DNA of 54,517 nt, the filler included, from Bipalium vagum (lineage: Eukaryota), in the NCBI GenBank assembly GCA_037834085.1. It is 3 parts of 3 records of this genome, joined end to end, with 100 filler letters (N's around TTAATTAATTAA, not from the genome) between each part and the next. Parts side by side here need not be neighbours in the genome. Positions count along the whole stretch, not along the records: positions 18,625 to 38,313 come from JBBMKC010270001.1; positions 38,414 to 54,517 come from JBBMKC010127044.1; 1 more part is not named here. One strand, written 5' to 3'. The position numbers were made by a program, and so were the translations under genes. Numbering within the stretch: position 1 is the first letter of the stretch; each line of letters opens with the position of its first letter. The notes under the pieces are model-generated. The model was not told where the DNA came from. It ran no database searches and saw only the letters and a program-made list of their open reading frames with translations. Positions 38,082 through 50,929 of this stretch are shown here, in pieces.

Positions 38082-38313
38082 CGTGGTGCGCCCAATAAGT
38101 AGTGAGACTCATGGTGTAAAAGAAAAGTCTTTAATTATGTATATTAATACAAATATATGTATACATCAATAAAATAATCCGTGTTTAAATAATTTATGCT
38201 TTGTTTATTTTTAGTGGCAAAAATTCGAAAATGTCATTAGAAAAAGTTCAATATCGAAGCGTGATTAGGTTTTTATTTATGAAGGGCAAGACCAGGGAAG
38301 AAATTCGTTTGGA
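38082..38313 (+). mobile_element. 5' end of a young mariner, cut by the gap
   Basis: TA|CGTGGTGCGCCCAATAAGTAGTGAGACT TIR; intact ORF start at 38231, MSLEKVQYRSVIRFLFMKGKTREEIRL. Confidence 0.8.
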
Positions 38314-38413
38314 NNNNNNNNNNNNNNNNNNNNNNNNNNNNNNNNNNNNNNNNNNNNTTAATTAATTAANNNNNNNNNNNNNNNNNNNNNNNNNNNNNNN
38401 NNNNNNNNNNNNN
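38314..38413. other. Assembly gap with artificial linker TTAATTAATTAA (38358-38369)
   Basis: 44 N + 12 nt + 44 N. Confidence 0.95.

Positions 38414-38483
<70 letters not shown>
38414..38483. repeat. (TAA)n microsatellite at contig edge
   Basis: About 23 perfect units. Confidence 0.95.
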
Positions 38484-38487
<4 letters not shown>

Positions 38488-39482
38488 TACCAAAATTCTT
38501 ATTTCTTTAAATTATAGAATATAATTCTCCTATGATCATAAATATTGTTTTCATTCATTTTCCCCACACTCCTCTATCAATCAGAGAGGAAATACCAATT
38601 AATATCGAAACAAATCTAGATAGTATTACAAGGATTAATTCTACTTTACATTTTGATGAAAAAATTTATTGTGAGAACAAACTCTTCTTTGAGAGACCCG
38701 TCATGTTTAGGATTTATTTATATTTATTTTTATAATTTTTAAATCAAAAAATCGATAGAGTTACAAATATTTTTCTCTTCTCTAATTTCCACAGTGAATT
38801 CTCAATGGTTTTCGTGGGAAATAAGAGCGTTCCCTTATTACACCCAACACAAATTTATTGATCCATAAATTCTTTTTTTCAGTTCAACAGTTTATTTTGT
38901 CAGTAAATATTTCGAACTTTGTTCCTCGTTTCTCTTACCTTTGTCCACAGTCTTTGTGAACCAGGTTAAAAAGAAATCAATAAATTATTTATGGAAATCA
39001 ATTCAAATAACTTAATGATAACAACGGAGGAAATTACTCCGGAAAATTAAAATATATTTAATCCAATAGAAACTAAACAAAATAAACAAAATTATTTTTC
39101 TACAATTTTTGAGATTTTTTATTTTCCACTATTTATTATAATATTTATAATATGCATATAATTATTAAATTATATTATGTAAATATTAAATTTTAAAAAT
39201 TATATTAAATTAAATATATACGGACCAGTAAAAATCCTTTTAAATATTACTTTAAAAAATATTAAAATTATCTATAATCTCTTTTTACTTTTAAAATATA
39301 TTTTGTTTTATTTTATTGATTTTTTCCATATGCATTTATTTATTTATTTATATTTATATAATTAAATTTAGTCTGCCAAGATATTTACTTATTGTCTTTA
39401 GTATCATCGATTATCCCAGGATGGTTTTTCAATGACAAATGAATAAATATCTGTCATTTTATTTATTTTTTTCAGATATTTT

Positions 39483-40596
39483 TAGGCTGTTTAAAAAATA
39501 ATGTCGATTCTCGACCTTAAGCTGTTAATGTATATACTTCAAATAAAAACAAAATTATTAACTAAAATAGGAGCTAATTGATTCGATACATTTTGACCAA
39601 CAAGTCAAAAGATATTTTATGCCAGTAACATAAAATTCAGATCTTCTGAAAGCGATGAAATCAATTTTGGTGTTGTATTATTTTCTAAATATTTATTCCG
39701 TACGTTGTATAAACGTTTAAAAAAGTAGAAATCAGTGGCCGAAGTGTATACAGAGTATGGTGGATATAGCAGGTTTTCGTAGTCCAACCAGGTTAATAAT
39801 TGTATGGTTAATTTTAAGATCTACAGTCCAACTTTATGAAACAGAATCGGTTCTTTCAATTGACTAATGCTGGATGATGACGACGAGGTTTTATGTCCAT
39901 TTAGTCTATTTGTTGAGAGAACATGTTTGCTGTGATCGTTATGCGGAGCTTAAAGAACCTGTGATGCATGAGACCGCGCAGTCCACTAAACAGTCACTAT
40001 CACATTTTCATTTCATGTATCAATCCTGTCGAGTAAAGGATCATAACTGTTGTGCTAAATGAGCAGTAATTTCTTTGAGCTTCTTTCAAGTCTGGTGGAG
40101 ACCACCTATCGAGTTTTTTCTGACTTACCAAGTTCTGCTAGGTGGTCCGAAATTGTTCCAGTTTTAACAACTACATCTGTTGTACGAGAAATCAACTCGA
40201 CCAAAGCCTTCAGTTGGTGTATCATCCTTGTATCATCCATAGCCTTCCTCCTTTTCTAGTGTCTCATCTCCGCGAAATTTTTTGAACCAAGATTGTAGCG
40301 TATGTTCGTTAACGAAATGCGCCGTTAATTTTACAGCTTGGTTTCACTGTTTTGTGACCCAGACTAAAGTCGTATAAGAAAATGATACGTAATTGATTTT
40401 TTTCCATATTGCCTTATAAAATCAATAACCATGCAATCTAAAATTAAATAATGAAGAAATACTCAAAGAAATATATTGGAAATCGAACACTTTAAAATGA
40501 TTTATGATATGAATTAAAACAACACAAAGGTTATGTCAAAATAACGTAAAATAAATTAGATTTATAAAAACTGACTTTAATTTTTTAACATCCCCG
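39483..40596 (-). mobile_element. Mariner, decayed, near full span
   Basis: Minus strand TA|CGGGGATGTTAAAAAATTAAAGTCAG TIR; TTDVVKTGTISDHLAELGKSEKTR*VVSTRL and LLYPPYSVYTSATDFYFF. Left boundary approximate. Confidence 0.7.
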
Positions 40597-41024
40597 TAAT
40601 GAGATAAAGCCCCATAAAGACATTTAATAAAAAAAGATTTATTTATTTATTTATTTATGGAGAATCAAAAATTATATTAAGGGCAATACCACCATGATTG
40701 AGAAGTAAAAATGAAATTGTTCTCAGCTTAAATTAACACTACGAAAATAATTTTTGGAAAGGAAAAACACTTTCAGATGGCTACCAAGGTGGGTGGTCAA
40801 TAATATGAACTGATTTAAATCCAAAATTTCTTTAAAGATGTTCAATAAAAATCTCTTGATCCTGACTCATTTATCCATATACCACTCTTGTCTCATGCAC
40901 CGTTCATTGGGTGCTTAATAATATTTGAGAATGATTCTAAAGATATTCTTTTAATTAGTCTAAAAAATATTTTAAAATTAACAAAATGAAATAAATTTAT
41001 ATAAATAGATATATCTATTGGTTG

Positions 41025-41096
<72 letters not shown>
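41025..41096. repeat. Inverted microsatellite (TAA)9-(TTA)15
   Basis: Direct reading; self-complementary junction near 41050. Confidence 0.92.
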
Positions 41097-41097
<1 letters not shown>

Positions 41098-41547
41098 AAA
41101 TATCCATGACAATAAAACCATTGGCAATATCTTAGAAAAGTATAATTTTGATAATTGTTCGGTGCATAGTTCTTACAAATCTTCGTTCTCTTTTGGTAGA
41201 CCATTATCAATTGAGAATATGATAGAATGAAAATTATCCCAAATCTGTCTATCCATTATTTACCAAGGATATTTAGTTCCGCTTTCATTGAATGAAATCT
41301 GTTGGTGTAAAACTTTATATTAAATTTATATACAAAGGCCTAATTATTGATGGGAAAATTTGGGCAAGATTTATGACAGGGGAATTTTATTTAAATATTC
41401 TGAACTTTGTGATTGAACAGACATTTCATTCTTTTCGGATATTGTCCACTAATAAAGAAAGACATACAAAGGGTTAAAGAGAATGGCCGTTTAAAAATAT
41501 AATTATTTAAAAGAAATAAAGAAAAATCTTAATTTTCCTCAATAATA

Positions 41548-42343
41548 CAACGTGTTTCTGCCAGTACTGTTCAAAAAATTCTCATGAAGTACGATTTGAG
41601 AAGCCATTCAGAAACGATTTATAAAACTAAATCAACGTATGAAGAGCTGTCTGGGCCAAAACTTATAGCAATTGGGATGCAGATAAATAGGGAAGCGTCG
41701 AACTTAAGGACAAGTGTATATTTCAATCATATTCGTCTTCAAGTAAATTATTGATTAGGAGAATCTCACATGAAAGGTACAATCCTACATTTTTCCAACC
41801 AGTTATGAAACATGGCGTACATAAACATGTCTGAGGCTGCTTCAACAGTTGGACTTTAAAAAGAATCAATGGTAATATAATTGCCGAGAAATATGAAAAA
41901 GAGATTCTTCATGACATAAACATAATTGGTAAATGCTTAGTCATCCCAAAAACCGTATTCATCTTTCATCATGATTTGGCTCTACTAAAACCACCAAGAC
42001 TTTCTTAAAAAATAAAAATATTGATGTCTTACCCTGGCCAGGTAATTCTACTGGCATGAATTCCATCGAAAATGTATGGAGTATCCTAAAAAGACAGCTT
42101 CAACAATGACATACAACTCTAATAAAGATTTATGGAAGACAGTTCAAGATGAATGGTCAAAACTGTATCCAAATCTATGCAAGAAGATTGTATCCCTCAA
42201 TGCCAAAAAGATTGCAATTGTTCATAACACCCTACTATATATTAAGACTATGTACTTATGTAATCAATTTCGAGTTTGAACTTATTTATTTCCATTAAAA
42301 GTTACATTTCTGATAGGGGTGAACAGACTTTTTACGAGGATTG
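41548..42343 (+). mobile_element. Tc1-family transposon, copy 3, 5'-truncated
   Basis: VSASTVQKILMKY, KEILHDINIIG, VLPWPGNSTGMNSIENVW; right TIR ATAGGGGTGAACAGACTTTTTACGAGGATTG|TA matches copy 2. Confidence 0.85.
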
Positions 42344-42373
42344 TAAATCCAGAAGTTACCTAATTAGATTATA

Positions 42374-42660
42374 TAGGGTGTGTATAAAGTAAGTATCGAT
42401 TTCAAAATGTAATACCATACAATTTATTCAACAACACAAGACTACAACTTTTAGACACAGAAAAATTCATTTAAAAAAATTAATTTTTTCAAATAGAATG
42501 ACCATTAACTTTAATACACCCAATCAAGTTTTGAAGAAAAGGTGGATTATAATCGATTGCTTTAATTAGACATTTGCATATTGCAATGTTTTCAGCAGTC
42601 TCTCGTGCAACTCATGGATCATTTGGATCTTGTATGGATACAATTGAAAATCTTTTCGTA
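42374..42660 (-). mobile_element. 3' end of a Tc1/mariner-superfamily element
   Basis: TA|TAGGGTGTGTATAAAGTAAG TIR-like start; minus-strand CIKVNGH C-terminal motif. Confidence 0.45.
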
Positions 42661-42759
42661 CAACATTAGTAACAGTTCTTAGCAACATCTCAGTTGTTTT
42701 ATTTTAAATATTTTCACTTGTGTATAATTTCCCGAAATAGAAAATAAGAAGACCAATAT

Positions 42760-43400
42760 TGATAGTTATTGGGTGGTATTTATAAATATCAATAGATAAC
42801 TGTCTATCGAGACAGTTGGAAACCTTAGTTGATAAATCCTAAGGATTAAAAAGTAAAATTTTCTTTCTTCTGAGCTACAGGTATTTCAAGAAATTCCAGT
42901 TTTCCTTTGAAATCTTTTCCTTTTTGAGATAAAGAAAAATTTCCTTTAATATAATTTTTTCCGATGTCCAACAACAATATAAACAACAAAATAGCTGCGA
43001 TTTTTTAGCCACTGATGTACATTACAGAATTCTTCACTGATTATTCTTTGTATGTAGCTAATGGGGAAATATTAGCATGTTTTCTGTTGAAGAATGTTAC
43101 ACGGGGAGAGGTTTTTTATGCTAAATTATATATCACGGTCTGCATTTTTCATGAAGATTCCCAACTAAGCCATTAGTTCTGGGGAGATTTCTGTTAACAT
43201 TTACCGCCACCGTTTCAACTTGGTGTTGTTCAAGTAATGGGTCTTACATGTTTATTAAAATGAATTGTACATGTCCATTCATCAAAGGATTCATTGGAAA
43301 AATTATTTTAATTTTTCTTTACTGTTTTTATTCCTATATATTGTCTATTATGTACATATTTACCATCATTAAATTCTCGGTGATCTACCGTGCTTCAATT
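42760..43400 (-). mobile_element. Possible LINE AP-endonuclease remnant
   Basis: Minus strand EAR*ITENLMMVNMYI and PIT*TTPS*NGGGKC*QKSP, NADRD resemble APE motifs; many stops. Confidence 0.3.
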
Positions 43401-43484
43401 ATTATCTTTTTTATTTATTTATATTTTTTCTCATCATCAAAATCATTTTATATTATTATTACTAATTATTAATTTTTATTCTTG

Positions 43485-43515
<31 letters not shown>

Positions 43516-43639
43516 CTTTATTAATTATTACTAGTAATTATTATTATTAATTATTATTATTAATAATAATTATTATTAATAATATTTAATTTTTTAATTT
43601 TTATTATTATTTTTATTTTTATTATTTATATTATTAATT

Positions 43640-45480
43640 TTAAGTTCATGTAAAATCATCATTTCAAATGTTGCTGTGAACACCTTATGTTCCTTTAATC
43701 AAAATGCAGTGAAAGATGTCCTGAAAACTTGAAACCTTACAAAATTTTAAGTCAAATCCTAATAGGAAACCGCTTTTATTCTCAGCAAAGATGTTAATTG
43801 ATTTTTGATACGTGTATATTTACTAAATCCATCTTGTGATAATTAGTACTTGATAATAGCGCTTTTAGTTCTGCTACACTTTTCCTTTTACAAATCACAT
43901 GCCGCCTTTCAGATATGCTGAGTTACCTTATGCAATTTACTGCTCTCAAATGATGCCCTCGTTTCCTGTTCGCCAGTTTTAAAGATTTTTTAATGCTCTT
44001 CGTTTCTTATCTGTTCCCCTCTATCGCATGTTTTATACTTATCGGTCTTAGACGAAATTTTCTCAGATCTCTCCGAACGATCAGAAATGATTTTGCATCG
44101 TTAAAATTTCGAGATGAACGGGGAAAAAAATTTCCTGTCATCATTCCTGCATGTCAATACGAAAAAGATACAGTTCTTCAGCAACTATTTCCGTTACTGA
44201 TCAGTCAATATTATAAAAGATAGCAGAAAGAAAAGATACAATTTTTAAACTCATTGCTGGACAGTATTTGGTTGGATATTAGTTCAAATTTATTCTTATT
44301 CCAAAATAATAAGTGACTTAAATTGGAGAGATGCTGTAGTGCTGAAATGGAGAATCAGGAGACCAAGGAAAAGAAAAAATATGGGAGGAACAAAAACTTT
44401 GAAAATGTTAGTCGAATAAAAGTGTTGGAAAAAATAGCCTGTGGATATGTCGGTACCCTGAATGGTAATGTGAAATGAAACAGACTTAACCCCAAAGAGT
44501 TTCAAAAAATCTGACCTAAGTTTAATGAAAAAAACCCAGGAGGAATAGTATCAATCAATATTATAACCAAAATTCAAAATATCGAGAACCTATAAATTGC
44601 AAATCGAAATTGGTCAATATTACATTGCCAGGATTTCATCAATAATTTCATTTCTGCACTTTATCTTTTAACAGAAATCGGTGATATGAGGAAAGGGATT
44701 ATCTCAATTGTTTTGATAAAATAACATAATATTACAGTCATACCACGGTAAGTTTCTCTTTGGAACCAACAGAATTAGGAAATTTTGAATTGTGTAATTA
44801 AAAGTGAGAATAAGATGTGATTGTGCAATCGTTTTAATTAAGGATGTGCTTAATTAATTAATTAATTAAGTGTTATGTCTTTTTTTAATTATCCTTATTA
44901 TTTTAATTCAATGATACTTTTATTAACAGACGCAGATTCTCCAAATATGGCTCTCTTTTTTGTGTTATGACGTCTTCTACTAGAAAGTATCAACCTCTGG
45001 ACATTTTCTCCATTTGCAAACCCTCTTGTTTGTTCTACCATTATGTCGTCAGATCGACATATGTTTTTTTTCTTTGGTAATTAACAACCCAGTCAGAGGA
45101 CATTAAATCGATTAAAGAGAAAGTTATGGTACTAAATCTCTTTTAAAACTGAAATTCTCCGCATTTTCCTAAAACTTTTCCTTCATTCTTTTTCAAAAAG
45201 ATTGCGACTCGCTGAACTTATACAGCTTGGGTTAGGTTTGGTCTTTTAGCACACTCTTATATTTTTAATACAGAAATCAGATACGATTTAAAATTGTGCC
45301 AACAATAATTATTTGAACAATTTAAACAAAAGTGTGGGAAGTTAAAAATCACTGTAAAATGTGCAATTAAAAAATCATTTGTATTGGGAATAAAATTGAG
45401 ATTAGGATAAATTTGGAATTAAGAATTTTGTGAAGAGATAAGGAGATAAGAGATAGATACAGTTGAATAAATGTATTTAT
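43640..45480 (+). mobile_element. Highly decayed retroelement-like sequence (possible non-LTR)
   Basis: GC-richer than background, coding-like pieces broken by stops, no splice structure; no unambiguous motif recovered. Confidence 0.2.
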
Positions 45481-46379
45481 ATTTTATTAACTAACGAGAT
45501 GTCATCCGATAAAATATTATGATTACATGAAGAACCAACGTGGTCTGTAGTCACTCTTAATGACTGTAAACCTAAATAAAACCCCTTGAACCCCAGGGTG
45601 GGAAGTACCTTAAATATAAATATAAAGTCGTCGTGATCTGCATTACTAATGGTAAAAATATGTATTAAAAATTGAACTCGTGATACCAGATTAAGTTATA
45701 TCGTGACATATAAAGTAAACTTAACAGCGGTATCCGTTAAAGACCTTTACATACACTTTAATATTGTCCAAGAATTAATTATTCTTCAACAATATAAGCC
45801 AATGACGTGATGGTAATTTATAATTTATTTGGATTGTGAAGAAAATCATTAAAATATTTTTTTAATTAATAAATCGTTGCTTATTTTATGTTTATTTCGT
45901 TATTTTATCATGTCCGTAATGAGTTATTTATAAAATACATGTTACACACCACGAAATAAAAAGCTATTGTTCTAAAAAATATAACTAAATGTAGTAACCA
46001 GAAAATATTGTACAATACCTTGATCCTCCGGTACCTGATCCTCATAAATAGATATTCTTATAAAAACCATGGAGATTGCCCATGTGAACTAGAGTGTATT
46101 AATATAAGATCATTATTATATAAGTTTAGATCTGATCAAACAACTTAATATTCCTGGAAAACTTCATTCTTTTGAGTCAACAAACTTCTGTGCATAAAAT
46201 AATGTTTATTGAAAGGTTAAAGATAAATAAATTTACACATTGCACATCCATTAATTAGTGAAAATAATATTATTAGTGAATTAAGTTGTTTAGTCATTGT
46301 TAATAACTTATTAATATTGATATCTTACACAATATTTATGTAATAGTAAATCATTTGTTTTAATTGATTAATTGTTTGT

Positions 46380-46875
46380 GTAACAGACAACTAATTTGAA
46401 TTTCCATGATTGAAAGTTTCAGGGATCATATCTCAATAATACTCACTGGTTCGATAATGATAGGAAATTGCGAAGAAAATCTAGAAAATATAAGATACAA
46501 TTCACAAATGGGCAGTATCACACTGCAAAATTGATAATTGTGAGTTCGACATTCTGTGCTATTCTCTTTATAGTTCCAACTGACTTCTACCTGCTTAATC
46601 ATCTAAAATAAAAAAATATCCAAGAGTTCTTCAATGAGACAAACAAGACTCATAAGGAAGTAGATTGAAATTTTCATGATGAATCAACTACAAAATTTTT
46701 TCAGCGCACCTTTTGATAGTCTGGTGGGACGGTGAAATAAGTTATCAATAGCAGCGATGGATATTGGAATAAATAATAACGCGCAATTGATTTTATATAC
46801 AATGTAGATTTAAGTTCATTAAAATCCTGACACGTGTTCCTATTCTATTCTCTTTACTTACCTGACGTACCACAT
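46380..46875 (+). mobile_element. Mariner 3' fragment
   Basis: PTDFYLLNHLK and FDSLVGR*NKVINS motifs; TIR-like CTTACCTGACGTACCACA|TA end. Confidence 0.55.
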
Positions 46876-48552
46876 ATACATTTGCTACCTTCTTAATTCT
46901 TTTTATGCGAAAATGTCAATAATTCGGAAATCGAAAAAATTGATACGGCAAAAGTATAAATAGCATTCCCTTTGGTGTTTATTGACTTATTACATATTTC
47001 GGCCTAATCATTTGAAAGATTTGGGATATTTGTTAAAGTCCGGAATTAAAACCATATGGCAGTAGGAGATTAATAAATGAAACTAAATTAATATGTTACA
47101 CATGTACGTAAATTTTGGACATAATTAATTCTAAAATCGTAAAATGTTCAACTTGATTTTTTAAAAATTTATAATAATAAAATAATATTAATAATAATAA
47201 TAAATAATAATATAATTTTAAAATTTTATTTAGTAAAAAATTTCAAATTAAGAATTATTAATTTACGAATTTGTTTGAATAATGCAAAATTGGCAAAATC
47301 TTTAAACAAAATTCCTTGCCAACAATATCTTGATATTAATGCCCTTTAATTAAAAATATTGGGGAAAAAGGAAAATAAAATCTTATTTAATGAAAGTTAT
47401 AAAAAGCAATTGATGTCAAACATTACTTTATTAATAGACAAACCGATTTCTAGACTTTTCGATTGGAAATTTCAATAATTATTAATTCCATCCTAATATT
47501 TGTAATACGCACTCCACAAATTTTCAATATTAAAACATTCTTCTTAGTATATATCATCTCCGTGTATGGGTAATAAAAATTTCCATATACATACCAAAAT
47601 TAATTATATTTTTCTTGACTATTATGAAGAAAAATATCTTTTTATTTCGTAACATTATTTTATATTAGTAATTTTATTTATTAATAATATTATTATTATT
47701 AATTCGGTAATGTGGCAGTTTACGTTCTTAAATTCATAGTTTTAAATTTAAATCCAAATTTTTATTATAGTATAATTATACAAAATCAATGTCACTAATC
47801 ATAATTATTGATTAATTTATTAATTAATATATAATTATTGAATATTGATAGTTTCGCAAAACAAATTCATTCAAATAGGAAGGAAAGAGATAATTAATGG
47901 TTTCAAATTAGTGACGAATTTTTCATTTACATCACTCCTAATATATAACTGCTCTAGAAGTCTCTGAAACTTGTAAAAAACATTTTTAAAATTGGATCAT
48001 TCTCGTCATAAAAAATATGAATTTACGTTAGTAAACTGTAACATTACCAATAATTTTACATGAATTATTTTATATTAATATTTTTAAATTTATTATTAAT
48101 ATTTTTAATTTTATATTAGTTTTAAATTTAATAATTTTTTAATCACTCTCGTTATATCAATATAATTATAGATTTTTCTGGTACAGTTTAGATTTCTTAT
48201 CACCATTTTGGTCTTATATTCTAGTTCTAAATCTGGAATGAAATTTAATCTTTTATTTTTCCTAGTATACTTGAAGTCGATTGTTTTATCTCGAACTTAA
48301 AACATGTATTTTAACACTTTACTTCGCTCGAGCTTCGTGGAACTAATAAAAATTAAGCGAAAAAGATTCATAATAAATTATTGTAACTCCAGTATAAGTC
48401 TTTTTATACTAAAATATAAACTAATTTTTCAATATATTTGCACAAAAGATGATATCAAATTCTTAAATTAATACTTGAACATTTTACAAAACTCACACTC
48501 CTTTATGATCTAATTATCATTAAAACCCGTAGTTTGATAATATAGTATAATT

Positions 48553-48974
48553 GGATCATGTTTTTTTTACCTTTTTAGGTATCATGTTTTTATTTTGACC
48601 TTCCAGTTACATCAAGTTTTTATTTTGACCTTTCAATTAGATCAAGTTTTTTTTACCTACACATTATGTCATGTTTTTATTTTATATAAATAATCAATTT
48701 TATATCTTATTTGTATAAAATGGATTTGAAAGCAATTAATACGTTAGTTAATAATATGTTATTATTATCAGGCATTCATAATATTATTTAGTTATTTTCG
48801 TTATTTTAATTTTTTAATCATGTTTTTTTGACCTTTTTAGGTATCATGTTTTTATTTTGACCTTCCAGTTGCATCATGTTTTTAATTTGACCTTCCAATT
48901 AGATCAAGTTTTTATTTTGACCTTCCAATTAGATCAAGTTTTTATTTGACCAATAAGGTAAAAAAACAAGATCC
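48553..48974. mobile_element. 422-bp non-autonomous DNA transposon (Merlin- or MULE-like) with 8-bp TSD and internal 27-30-bp repeats
   Basis: GTATAATT|GGATCATGTTTTTTTTACCTT ... AAGGTAAAAAAACAAGATCC|GTATAATT; about ten direct copies of ATCAWGTTTTTATTTTGACCTT in two clusters. Confidence 0.85.
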
Positions 48975-50179
48975 GTATAATTCGTCATATCCTGTTAGCT
49001 GGGGACCTTAAAATGTATCCGGATTAGACGAATATGCTTGAAAACGCTTGAGCAATAATATTGCATCACATTTTTTTAAAAATACACTTTAATTATACAG
49101 TAATAAATAATTTTTAAACCAGATTGAAACTTATAATGATAATAATTAAGTAGTTATCGAAATACTTAATAAATAAAACTGAAAAATAATAAATAAACAT
49201 AAGAGCGAAAAAAGTAAAATAATACAAGATAATAAATTTAATTATCAGGATTACTTTAATTTACTATTTTAATTTATAATTAACAAACTATTCGCAGAGA
49301 GCAAAAGGTTTGCTTCATTTATTTATTAAGATTTCTAAAGAGGAAAATTTATTAATGTCTCCATTTATGTCTATTAATAAATATTTTAAAAAATTGTCGA
49401 GAAGCAGTTATGGTGGACAAAAGTAAAAAGTTTTCATAAATTTTTTGAATTGCAATAAAAATTTCAATAGAGAAAATATTTTCCGTTTTTTTATAAAAAT
49501 CTAAATTATCCTTCTTTTCGATATCAATTAAATCCATAATGAACTATTGATTATAATTTTTATTTCAATACAAAATATATTCTTGATCGTTTATGCTCAG
49601 CTTATTTTGATATTTAAACAAATTGGTTATTCTCAGATTTCTTTTAGATGTTAATTATTATTTTTTATAAATTTATTAATTATTATTAGCAATAATTTTA
49701 TTTTAAACATTTTGTATAATTTAATTAGTCCTTAAATTTTTTAATTAATACACTTTTTTCTATAATTTAGTAAGATTATTTACGCAATAAAAAATAAGTC
49801 TGTTGTATTCAAGAATGTAGACCATTAGTATTATCCTTCTAGAAAAATCTAGTTTTGAAAAAATAAAAATACTGTCATAATAAATTAACTTGATAAACGC
49901 GCAGTTTAAGTCACTACAATAAAATTTTTGTTTAAATATTAATTTTTTAAAAACACAATTGATTAGTAACTAAATAAGTCACTGAGCAAAAATCAAATTA
50001 AATTATTACTTATTTAATAATTAATAAATGTTAAAACTAATATTTAAACAAAAATTAATTTAGTGACGTAAGCTGCAGGATTACCAATAATTTTACTATA
50101 AAAATATATTTCCTTTGCTGTCGAAGGAAAGAAGTGGGGTTGATTTTAAAGTTTAAAATAATAAAAACAAATTATGAAC

Positions 50180-50642
50180 CTCGCGAAGGAGAAACCCCAA
50201 TACTCGTGGTTGCTAAGGGAGAATGGTTAAGGGTAGCAGACACAATCGGCGAATTCTGATACAAATACTTTGAATGATTCAAAGAAATCGAATAGATGGA
50301 ATTAATCTGCAAATGATCATTGGCAGAGTCTGCAATAGAACAATCGGTGGATGATACGGGATAGTTTTTCAATTCAAAATTCGACAACGGTTCCGCTTGC
50401 GTAAAGCCGGAAGATTCATTCATGTGGATATCGTTATCGGCAAAAAAAATGATATTTTCCTTTTTGATACCGTGACAACTGCTATCGATGAGAACGGTCG
50501 GGGTGTTGAGAATTTCTGAATTGTCAACGAAAAATTTCTGATTGTCAGTTTTCGGAATTTTTGGCGTCCGCCCTGAATGGATTGAGCCGAACGACAGTAA
50601 TCCGTCAACGGACAACTCTTCAATTGATTTTCGCAAATCCAT
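50180..50642 (-). CDS. First coding exon (or single-exon ORF to 50172) of an unidentified Ser-rich protein with TP/SP motifs
   Basis: 156-codon ATG-initiated ORF, GC-richer than background, no TE motifs; G|gttcat donor just before the stop; pyrimidine-rich leader and CCAAT boxes upstream. No recognisable domain. Confidence 0.6.
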
Positions 50643-50699
50643 AACGTTCAGTTGAGAGAAAGAGATAGAGAGATCGGTACGATTATTGTTAGCTGCGTT

Positions 50700-50800
50700 A
50701 AACCACGTCTGTTATAATCCAACAGTTGAAAAAGTCGATATTGATAATGCACGGTTGGTGTGCAAGAGAACTTATTGGATGGCCAGCCAATCAGAATGCG
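50700..50800 (-). promoter_or_regulatory. Putative proximal promoter with two opposed CCAAT boxes
   Basis: ATTGGATGGCCAGCCAAT at 50774-50791 (the second box has NF-Y-like context AGCCAATCAG), 130-150 bp upstream of the ATG at 50642. Confidence 0.5.
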
Positions 50801-50929
50801 AACAGTCACAGTACTGAACAATGATGTGTGTACAACGAGCATGCATGCCTAGATGAATTTGTTTTGTTACCGACAACGTTCCACAAGCTGACAACACTGA
50901 AGGATGATTATCATTTTTGTACTTTTACC

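Noticed and set aside
40893-41210. 105-aa ORF with poly-Ile/Leu 'transmembrane' stretch
   Set aside because: Translation of the (TAA)n/(TTA)n microsatellite.
45480-45830. Possible solo LTR
   Set aside because: No convincing TG...CA ends with TSD and no second copy in the window.
48553-48974. 30-bp repeats as CRISPR or iteron array
   Set aside because: No unique spacers; bounded by TIRs and an 8-bp TSD.
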